Source: Candidatus Aminicenantes bacterium
GTDB taxonomy: Bacteria > Acidobacteriota > Aminicenantia > Aminicenantales > Saccharicenantaceae
Length of the DNA stretch: 64,000 bases
NCBI GenBank assembly: GCA_963773685.1
Contig: CAVZBY010000010.1
Location: 32,129 to 96,128 of the forward strand
Reading direction: 5' to 3'
Part shown: positions 53,329-61,099 of the stretch, piece after piece
Numbering within the stretch: the first letter of the stretch is position 1
How the letters are laid out: each line of letters opens with the position of its first letter
The notes under the pieces: generated by a model
Databases searched by the model: none
Told to the model about the DNA's origin: nothing
Seen by the model: only the letters and a program-made list of their open reading frames with translations
Translations under genes and position numbers: made by a program

Positions 53329-53979
53329 ATGGAAATGAAGACATGCCATTATGAAGCCTGGATCGACAAATACCTCTTGGGGAAGCTCGGCGAGAAGGAA
53401 GCCGGGGAGTTCGAGGAGCACTATTTCAACTGTGCCCCCTGCTTCGCGAAGCTCGCGGAACGCGAGGAGATCGTCGGCGTCCTGAAGCGCGACCGGTCCG
53501 TTTTCGTGGCCGAGGAACGCCCGGCCATCGAGGCGCGGAAGTCCCCCTGGTACGAGAGGGCCTTCGGGTTCTTCACCGCCCGCCAGTGGGCCTTCGCCGG
53601 AGCGGCCGCCGCCCTTCTCGTCGCCGTCCTCACCGTCACGCCCCTCTTCCGTAATGCCCCTCCCGAGTTCGTGCTGAACGGGGAGGATACGGTCCGCGGG
53701 AGCTCCCTGACCCTCATCTCCCCCGTCATCGACATCGGCTCCGTGCCCGCCTATTTCGAATGGAAGTCGCTCGGCACGGACATGGAATACCAGGTCTCCA
53801 TCTACAACGGCAAGCTCCTCTGGCGGACGACGACCCGCGACAACCGTCTCAGCCTCCCCGACGACGTCATGGCCCTGATGACGGCCGGAACGAGGTACTC
53901 CTGGCAGGTCAAGGCCTTCTCCCCGCAGGGCACCCTCATCGCCGTCTCCAGCCGCGTCCAATTCACGATCACCCACTAA
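53329..53979 (+). CDS. Zinc-binding (zf-HC2/ZAS) transmembrane anti-sigma factor with periplasmic beta-sandwich
   Basis: YL.GKL...E...FEEHYFNCAPC; TM segment; VRG..L..ISP...F.W......Y.V...YSWQVKA. Confidence 0.85.
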   Translation: MEMKTCHYEAWIDKYLLGKLGEKEAGEFEEHYFNCAPCFAKLAEREEIVGVLKRDRSVFVAEERPAIEARKSPWYERAFGFFTARQWAFAGAAAALLVAVLTVTPLFRNAPPEFVLNGEDTVRGSSLTLISPVIDIGSVPAYFEWKSLGTDMEYQVSIYNGKLLWRTTTRDNRLSLPDDVMALMTAGTRYSWQVKAFSPQGTLIAVSSRVQFTITH

Positions 53980-54016
53980 GACCCGACGCCGGTCCCTGAA
54001 TTCGAGATCCTTATAG

Positions 54017-54579
54017 GGATCGCCGGCTCAGGACTCAGGGACATCCCTCCGTCCTTCGCGCGGCGATCCATCGAGGTGGGCCAAAGTCCACGGGCTGGGG
54101 GCACGGATGGGGCGGACCGAGCGGACGTTTCCCCGGTGACGCGCCAAACTCGTACATATCTTGCCACCCCCTACCCCCGCCAATAATTGGCGGGGGACTT
54201 GGACTAGGACCGCGTCACCGGCATAGGACGGAGGAGATTCGGGCGAGGATGTTTGAGCGTCCGGACATCTTGGACCCATGTCCCTTTGGACGAGGGCTCG
54301 CTGCCATGTTCCCGACAAGTTCGCGAGTTCCGAGCCCGCCGAGGCGTTCGGGACGCGATCGAGGGGCCAACCTACAAAATGGGGCGAGGAGCGCTGCCCC
54401 GTAAACCCCAGTTGGGAAGGGGACCACGCCAAGGGCGAGGGGAACCCGAAGAGGTTCCTGGGTCTGGGGTCAAGGGGCGGCCTCCGAACCCTCCGACCGG
54501 GAGCGAGGCCGTCTCATCCGTGCCCATTAACCAGCCCGCGCCGCCAAGCAGTATCCCCCGAGTCCTGAGAAGGCGATCC
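54017..54579. other. Large structured intergenic element (MITE-like or ncRNA)
   Basis: Terminal inverted repeat (18/20 match) plus nested long-range stems; no credible ORF. Confidence 0.6.
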
Positions 54580-54600
54580 AAAGCGCGGGGGGAAAGGGGC

Positions 54601-55287
54601 CTAGTCCTCGATGGCGTGCTCGTCCAGATCCGCGATATAGAGCCGGCCCTTGGTCTGCTCCTCGAAAGCGAGACAGCACATCAGCCGCCCGCAGAGGCCG
54701 GAGATCTTCGTCGGATTGATGACGATCTGCTGTTTCCGGGCCTTCTGGATGGTCACGGGCTCGAAGGTCTTCATGAAGGTCGCGCAACAGAGCGTCCGGC
54801 CGCACGTTCCCAGGCCGCCGATCATCTTGGCCTCGTCCCGGACGCCGACCTGGCGCATCTCGATCCTCATCCTCAGTTCCTTGGCCAGGTCCTTGACGAG
54901 CTGGCGGAAATCGATCCGGCCGTCCGCGGTGTAATAGAAGATCCCCTTCTTCTCGTTGAAGAAGTAGCGCACGGAGACCAGCTTCATCGGCAGGTTCCGG
55001 GCCTTGATCCGCTGGACACAGAGCTCGAAGGCCCGCGCTTCCCTTTCCCGGAGCCAGGCGAACTTCCGCCGGTCCTCCTCGGTCGCCTTCCGGATGACCT
55101 GGACCGCCTGAAGGGCCGCCCGCGCATAACAGCAGACGGGGCTCGCGTCGTCGACGATGACGGCCAGGTCGCCCCCGTGCTCCGATTCCACGATGCAATA
55201 GTCCCCGAGGCTCAGGGGCTCCTCGCCCTTCCGGGCGCGGATGACTCTCCCCGTCGATTCGGACAGCAGACAGATGATATCAGGCAT
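54601..55287 (-). CDS. ricT: PSP1-domain regulatory Fe-S protein RicT/YaaT
   Basis: YYTADGRIDFR.LVKDLA...RIEMRQVGVRDEAK..GG.G.CGR.LCC; KISG.CGRLMCCL. Confidence 0.9.
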   Translation of the reverse strand: MPDIICLLSESTGRVIRARKGEEPLSLGDYCIVESEHGGDLAVIVDDASPVCCYARAALQAVQVIRKATEEDRRKFAWLREREARAFELCVQRIKARNLPMKLVSVRYFFNEKKGIFYYTADGRIDFRQLVKDLAKELRMRIEMRQVGVRDEAKMIGGLGTCGRTLCCATFMKTFEPVTIQKARKQQIVINPTKISGLCGRLMCCLAFEEQTKGRLYIADLDEHAIED

Positions 55288-56302
55288 GTGACGTTTCCCC
55301 GAAACTCGAATAGAACGTAGCCGCCAGGAGGTTGAGGTTCCCGTTCTTTTCCACCCCGGCGATGGCCGCATCGATGGAGGCCAGGCACGACTGGAGCCGC
55401 CGTAGGCTTGCGGACTCCGCCGCCGCCCGGAGCCCTTCCTCGAGGTCGGGGTTGAGCAGGAACCGGCTCTCCCCTCCCTCCCTGACCAGGATGGCGTCGC
55501 GGGCGAAGGACGCGAACAGCTCCAGGGTCGCCCGGAGCTCGCCTCCCCCCATGGCCCGCGTGACGAAAGCGAAAGCGTTCAGAAAATCGGAACCCCCTCG
55601 TCCCGCGAGGAGGGCGCGGAAAAGCTCCCAGGCTCCCTGCCGGCCTTCGAGGACCTCGTCCCAGTCCCGATCGAGGGCCTCTTCCATGCTTCCGTTGGCC
55701 AGGAAGGCGAGAAGGTTCGCCCGGTCGGCGGGCTGGCCCGCCGCGACGAGCGCCCGGGCGATCTCCTCCCGGGCGACGAGCGAGAACTCCAGGGTCCGGC
55801 ACCGGGACCGGATCGTGGGCAGGATGAGGTGCGGCCTTTCGGTGACCAGGATGAGGGTCGAAGCGGGCGGAGGCTCTTCGAGGACCTTCAGGATGGAATG
55901 GGAGGCTTCGTCGCTCATGGCGTCCGCTCCCCGCACGATGAAGACCCGGGTCCTCGAGCTCATCGGCCTGAGATAGGCCGTCTGCTTGAGGAGCCGGATC
56001 TGTTCGATGGCGATCTTCTTCTTGCTCTCCTGGATCTCGATGAACATGACGTCGGGCGCGAGGCCCTGTTTCTCCGGGTCCTGAAAGGCCTCCTGGATCG
56101 CCCGGCAGGATACGCACGCGTCGCAGGCGTCGTCTCCGCGGGTCTCGCAATTCAGGGCCTTGGCCACCGTCACGGCCGTCGCGTTCTTGCCCACGCCGGC
56201 CGGGCCGGAGAACAGGAGCGAGTTCGGAAGCCTCTGCCTCCGGAGGGCCATCCGCAGGACGTGCTTGACCCGCTCGTTGCCCGCGATATCCTTGAACGCC
56301 AT
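55280..56302 (-). CDS. holB: DNA polymerase III delta' subunit
   Basis: LFSGPAGVGK, C..C.SC zinc motif, LK.LEEPP, LPTIRSRC. Confidence 0.9.
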   Translation of the reverse strand: MAFKDIAGNERVKHVLRMALRRQRLPNSLLFSGPAGVGKNATAVTVAKALNCETRGDDACDACVSCRAIQEAFQDPEKQGLAPDVMFIEIQESKKKIAIEQIRLLKQTAYLRPMSSRTRVFIVRGADAMSDEASHSILKVLEEPPPASTLILVTERPHLILPTIRSRCRTLEFSLVAREEIARALVAAGQPADRANLLAFLANGSMEEALDRDWDEVLEGRQGAWELFRALLAGRGGSDFLNAFAFVTRAMGGGELRATLELFASFARDAILVREGGESRFLLNPDLEEGLRAAAESASLRRLQSCLASIDAAIAGVEKNGNLNLLAATFYSSFGETSHA

Positions 56303-56308
56303 GATGCT

Positions 56309-58834
56309 CTAGCCGTCCTTCGCGCCGGCGGTCCCGCCGCCAAGCGCCTTCAGGAGGAAGCGGCCCGTGTGGGAGGCTTCGACTTTGGCGACCTCTTCGG
56401 GCGTCCCCTGGGCGACGATCCGCCCTCCGTCCTCGCCCCCCTCGGGCCCGAGGTCAATAATATAGTCGCAAAACTTGATGACATCAAGGTTGTGTTCGAT
56501 GACGAGGACCGTGTTCCCCATCGCCGCGAGCTCCGCGAGGACCTCGAGGAGCTTCCGGACGTCGTCGAAATGGAGGCCGGTCGTCGGCTCGTCCAGGAGG
56601 TAGAGGGTCCGGCCCGTGCCCTTCCGCCCCAGCTCCTTGGTCAGCTTGATGCGCTGGGCCTCCCCCCCCGAAAGCGTCGGGGCGGGCTGACCGAGGCGGA
56701 CATACCCCAGCCCGACCCGCTTCAGGGTGGCCAGCTTCCGTTTCACGGCGGGGTCGGCTTTCAGATATTCGTAGGCCTCGTCCACGGTCATCGCCAGGAA
56801 ATCGGCGATGTTCCGGCCCTTGTAGGTCACGGCCAGGGTTTCCTTGTTGTACCGCTTGCCCCCGCAGCGGTCGCAGGTGACGAAGACGTCGGGCAGGAAG
56901 TGCATCTCGATCTTGCGGACGCCGGCGCCCTGGCACTCTTCGCACCGGCCGGCCTTGACGTTGAAGCTGAACCGGCCGGATCCGAACCCCCGGGCCCTGG
57001 CCTCGGGCGTTCGCGCGAAGAGCTCGCGGAGGGCCGTGAAGAGCCCCGTGTAGGTCGCCGGGTTGGAGCGCGGCGTCCTGCCGATCGGCTTCTGGTCGAC
57101 CGAGATGACCTTGTCGATCTGGTCCGCCCCGGTCATGCCGGCGTGGGCCCCGGCCTTGTGGCCGGCCTTATAAAGCGAGTTGACGAGGCTCTTGTACAGG
57201 ATGTCGTGGACGAGCGTGCTCTTCCCCGAGCCGGAGACTCCCGTGACGGCCGTCATCACGGACAGGGGGAGGCGGACGTCCATCCCCTTGAGATTATGCT
57301 CGGTCGCCTTGCGAACGGTCAGCCAGCCTGCCGGGCGCCGCCGCGACGCGGGCACGGGGACGCGCTTCTCGCCGCGCAGGTACTGGGCCGTGAGGGAGTC
57401 CGGAGACTCCAGGATCCCGGCGAGCGTGCCCTCGGCGACCTTGAATCCTCCCCCCTCGCCCGCGCCGGGGCCGAGGTCGAGGATGTGGTCGGCGGCCCGG
57501 ATGGTCTGTTCGTCGTGCTCGACGACGACGATGGTGTTCCCGGCGTCCCTCAAGCCCTTGAGCATGGAGATGAGACGGCCGTTGTCCCTCTGGTGAAGCC
57601 CGATGGTCGGCTCGTCCAGGACGTAGAGGACCCCCCTCAGTCCGGAGCCGATCTGAGCGGCGAGCCTGACCCGTTGGGCCTCCCCTCCCGAGAGGGAGAC
57701 CGTGGGCCGGCCCAATTGAAGGTAGGACATCCCCAGCCGGTCTATGATCTCGAGGCGGTCCCGGATCTCTTTGACGATCTTGTCGGCGACCTCTCTCCGT
57801 GCGGGCGGGAAGGCGAAAGACGCGGCTTCCTCCCTCAACTGCCCGATGGGCAGGTCGGCGAGCTCGATGATGTTCCGTCCCTGGACCCTGACCATCAGGC
57901 TCTCCTTCTTGAGCCGGGCGCCGCCGCAGAGCGGACAGACGTTGTCGGTCAGCTCGACCTCCCCCCATTCGTTCTCCTTGGTCCGGTACCCCAGGCCGTG
58001 ACATTCGGGGCAGGCCCCGTAGGGGCTGTTGAAGGAGAAATTGCGGGGCTCGGGCTCGGGGAGGCTGATTTCGCAGGCCGGGCAGCGGAGCCTCAGCGAA
58101 AAATAGTGCTCCCGCCCCGAGCCGTTGACGACGAGGACCTCGCCCTCGGAGACCTCGATGGCCTTGCCAATGGCCTCGGCCAGCCGGCGGCGCGAGATCT
58201 CCGAGACCCGGACCTCGTCGACGAGGACCTCGGCGGTGTGCTTCCGGGTCTTTTCCAGCGGGATGGGATCCTCCAGGTCGTATATCGTCCCGTTGACGCG
58301 GACGCGGATGAAGCCCTTCTTCCGCAGGCGCTCGAAGAGCCGGTGATACTCCCCTTTCCGGCCCTTGACCACCGGAGCGAGGATCTTGACGTTCTGGCCG
58401 CGGAACGCGACGAGGATCCGGGCGAGGATCTGGTCGGGCGTCTGGGGCACGACCTCCTTCCCGCAGCCGGGGCAGTGCGGCGTCCCGACCCTGGCGAAGA
58501 GCAGGCGGAGCAGGTCGTAGACCTCGGTGATCGTGCCCACCGTCGAGCGGGGGTTCGTCGAGATGGTCTTCTGGTCGATGGATATCGAGGGCGAAAGGCC
58601 CTCGATGGACTCGACCTCCGGCTTCTCCATCTGCTCGATGAACTGGCGGGCGTAGGTCGAGAGGCACTCGATGTAGCGGCGCTGGCCCTCGGCGAACAGG
58701 GTGTCGAAGGCGAACGAGGACTTCCCCGAGCCGCTCGGGCCCGTGACGACGACGAGCCGGTTCCTGGGCAGATCGACGTCGATCCGCTTCAGGTTGTGCT
58801 GGGCCGCCTTACGGACTCTGATCTGTTGGAGCAT
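56309..58834 (-). CDS. uvrA: Excinuclease ABC subunit A (lacks the insertion domain)
   Basis: Two ABC modules (GPSGSGKS, GVSGSGKS, LSGGEAQR x2), zinc fingers, PIGRTPRSNPATY. Confidence 0.95.
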   Translation of the reverse strand: MLQQIRVRKAAQHNLKRIDVDLPRNRLVVVTGPSGSGKSSFAFDTLFAEGQRRYIECLSTYARQFIEQMEKPEVESIEGLSPSISIDQKTISTNPRSTVGTITEVYDLLRLLFARVGTPHCPGCGKEVVPQTPDQILARILVAFRGQNVKILAPVVKGRKGEYHRLFERLRKKGFIRVRVNGTIYDLEDPIPLEKTRKHTAEVLVDEVRVSEISRRRLAEAIGKAIEVSEGEVLVVNGSGREHYFSLRLRCPACEISLPEPEPRNFSFNSPYGACPECHGLGYRTKENEWGEVELTDNVCPLCGGARLKKESLMVRVQGRNIIELADLPIGQLREEAASFAFPPARREVADKIVKEIRDRLEIIDRLGMSYLQLGRPTVSLSGGEAQRVRLAAQIGSGLRGVLYVLDEPTIGLHQRDNGRLISMLKGLRDAGNTIVVVEHDEQTIRAADHILDLGPGAGEGGGFKVAEGTLAGILESPDSLTAQYLRGEKRVPVPASRRRPAGWLTVRKATEHNLKGMDVRLPLSVMTAVTGVSGSGKSTLVHDILYKSLVNSLYKAGHKAGAHAGMTGADQIDKVISVDQKPIGRTPRSNPATYTGLFTALRELFARTPEARARGFGSGRFSFNVKAGRCEECQGAGVRKIEMHFLPDVFVTCDRCGGKRYNKETLAVTYKGRNIADFLAMTVDEAYEYLKADPAVKRKLATLKRVGLGYVRLGQPAPTLSGGEAQRIKLTKELGRKGTGRTLYLLDEPTTGLHFDDVRKLLEVLAELAAMGNTVLVIEHNLDVIKFCDYIIDLGPEGGEDGGRIVAQGTPEEVAKVEASHTGRFLLKALGGGTAGAKDG

Positions 58835-58890
58835 AACTCTATATTCTATCATATCTGATATAATGGGCCCGGAACCAAGGAGGTCCCGTC

Positions 58891-60099
58891 ATGGCGTTCC
58901 CCGATGAGATCCTGTCCCGGACGACCCGCACGATGGGCGTCTCGTTCATCCGCGAGATGTTGAAGGCGACGAAAGGCGTCGCGGGGATGATCTCGCTCGC
59001 CGGAGGCCTGCCCAGCCCCGAGTCCTTCCCCTCGGACCTTCTGGCCGACCTGTTCCGGGAGGTGGTGGCGACCGAGGGCGCGGATGTCCTCCAATACGGC
59101 CCGACCGAGGGCGACCCCGTCCTCAAGCGCGAGATCAACCGCTGGGAAGGCGAATCCGGCGTCGGCCACGACGAGCTCATCATCACCAACGGCGCGACCA
59201 ACGCCATCTATCTCTTCGCCCGCTCGGTCATCGACCCCGGGGACGTCGTCATCTGCGAAGGGCCGTCCTTCAGCGGCTCCCTCGTCGCCCTGGAAGCCTG
59301 CGGGGCGGAGCTCGCGCCCGTTCCGATGGACGAGGAAGGGCTCCTCGTCGACCGCGTCCGGGAGACGATCGCCGCCGCGAAGGCCCGCGGCCGCGCCGTC
59401 AAGTTCATCTACGCCATCCCCGATTTCCAGAACCCGAGCGGCCGGACGATGAGCCTGGCCCGGCGGCTGGAGCTCATCCGCGTCGCGCGCGCGGAAGGCG
59501 TCCTCATCCTCGAGGACGAGCCGTACCGGGACCTCCGCTTCTACGGCCCGCGCCTGGGAAGCCTGTGGAACCTGGCCCGCTCGGAGTTCGACGATCACCG
59601 GACCGTCACGATCTGCAAGTCCTTCTCCAAGATCCTCGGCCCGGGGCTGAGGGTCGGGTTCGCCGTCGGGCCGCCCGCGCTCATCGCGGCCATGGGCAAG
59701 TGGTCCCAGAAGATCATCGTGGCGCCGGAAGGCGTCTCCCAGCGGGTGGCCGCCCGGTTCCTCGAGCGCGGATACATGGGCCCGCATCTCGAGCGCGTCC
59801 GGGGGCTCTACAGGGCGAAACGGGACGCCATCCTCTCCGCTCTGAAGGACACGATGCCGCCCCGCATCCGCTGGACGGAGCCCGAGGGCGGGTTGTTCAT
59901 CTGGGTCACGTGCCCGGAAGGGATGGACACCGACGCCCTTTTCGCGAAAGCGGTCGAGGCCGGCGTCGCCTATATCCCCGGGAGCAAGTTCTACCCGACC
60001 GGGGCGGAGCGTCGGAACGAGATGCGGCTGAACTTTTCCTACGCGCCGGAAGCCGACCTCAGAGAAGGCGTGACACGCCTGGCCCGCCTTCTGGCCTGA
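58891..60099 (+). CDS. PLP-dependent aminotransferase class I/II (LysN/2-aminoadipate transaminase-like)
   Basis: ISLAGGLP, QYG.TEG, PDFQNPSG, EDEPY, SFSKILGPGLRVG, MRLNFS. Confidence 0.9.
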   Translation: MAFPDEILSRTTRTMGVSFIREMLKATKGVAGMISLAGGLPSPESFPSDLLADLFREVVATEGADVLQYGPTEGDPVLKREINRWEGESGVGHDELIITNGATNAIYLFARSVIDPGDVVICEGPSFSGSLVALEACGAELAPVPMDEEGLLVDRVRETIAAAKARGRAVKFIYAIPDFQNPSGRTMSLARRLELIRVARAEGVLILEDEPYRDLRFYGPRLGSLWNLARSEFDDHRTVTICKSFSKILGPGLRVGFAVGPPALIAAMGKWSQKIIVAPEGVSQRVAARFLERGYMGPHLERVRGLYRAKRDAILSALKDTMPPRIRWTEPEGGLFIWVTCPEGMDTDALFAKAVEAGVAYIPGSKFYPTGAERRNEMRLNFSYAPEADLREGVTRLARLLA

Positions 60100-60120
60100 C
60101 CCCACCCGGGCCCGCGCGGA

Positions 60121-60549
60121 CTAGGCCGCAGAAGAAATATCGATAATATGGGCCTTTATAAATCGCCTTATTGCCAGGACGGCTTCATTCTTATCTTCCG
60201 CTCGGCTAGCCGCAATGTTTATTGAGAAATTGTAGAAGGCATCCAGATCAACCTTCAGCCATTTTTTGTTCAGATATAGAAACACCAGCAATGTTGTTAT
60301 GGCTATTTTTTTATTTCCATTCAAGAACGGATGATTTTTGATCATAAAATAAAATAGCATGCTTGGTTTCGAAATCAATCCCCTATATAGCGACCTGCCG
60401 CCGAACCATTGAAAGGGAGCGGCAAGACAACTCTCCAAAACGTTGGGGTATCTTGTAGAATAATCGGGAATGGGCTCATCAAAGACCATTAGCTGTTGAG
60501 TTAGCTTAAAGGCTATATGCTCAACATCGAGAATGGTAATGTCCTGCAC
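60121..60549 (-). CDS. doc: Death-on-curing (Doc/Fic) family toxin
   Basis: LESCL..P.Q.FGG..LY, IKNHPFLNGNKKIA; AT-rich. Confidence 0.85.
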   Translation of the reverse strand: MQDITILDVEHIAFKLTQQLMVFDEPIPDYSTRYPNVLESCLAAPFQWFGGRSLYRGLISKPSMLFYFMIKNHPFLNGNKKIAITTLLVFLYLNKKWLKVDLDAFYNFSINIAASRAEDKNEAVLAIRRFIKAHIIDISSAA

Positions 60550-60821
60550 TATTCGTTCCCCAATCTTTTCAACAATCCTCCATATTCCGCAACGGCTTTA
60601 CTAACGGCACGATCGATCCTTTTCTTCTTGGCTGGATCTATGACATGGCTATTGATATTTGTTAATAAATGCCTCGAAATACCGATAGTTTTACCTAGCC
60701 TAATTGCCTTGATATCTCCCCGCTTGATCTTCTTGTAGACTGCCGTTCTGCTCATCCCAAGAATGGCCGCGACCTCAGAAACAGATAAATACTTGCTTTT
60801 TAAGAACTTCCTGTTTTTCAT
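60549..60821 (-). CDS. Excisionase-type HTH protein, probable antitoxin
   Basis: YLSVSEVAAILGMSRTAVYKKIK.G.IKA.R.GK; C-terminal helix AVAEYGGLLKRL; stop overlaps the doc start. Confidence 0.8.
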   Translation of the reverse strand: MKNRKFLKSKYLSVSEVAAILGMSRTAVYKKIKRGDIKAIRLGKTIGISRHLLTNINSHVIDPAKKKRIDRAVSKAVAEYGGLLKRLGNE

Positions 60822-61099
60822 GGTCTGTTCTCGTTTAACGCAGCTAATAGGGTTAATATATGTCAACCTTAAATAATGCGCATTGTCAAGATAATAAGAT
60901 ATTTAAGAAATTATAGCGGACACGTCATTATGTTCATAAATCGCCTAGCAATACTTGAGGGTAAGAGTTGATTTCAACAATAATACAAGCCGGCCGCCGA
61001 GAAGCGGACGTAAGTGATTATGGCCTTCGTCGAGGCAAGTCGAACCCGCTCGAGGCATTCATTGACCCGCCCGGCGCGTTCGGCTAAGATGAACCCGAC

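Noticed and set aside
54017-54579. RNase P RNA, tmRNA or group II intron identity for the structured element
   Set aside because: No GAGGAAAGUCC/CGGCUUA pair, no tRNA-like ends with CCA and no domain V signature seen on either strand.
55829-58858. Very long antisense ORFs (also 9716..11920, 25134..27383, 49074..51599, 35037..37439)
   Set aside because: Shadow ORFs opposite well-conserved genes, expected with high GC3; no recognisable motifs.
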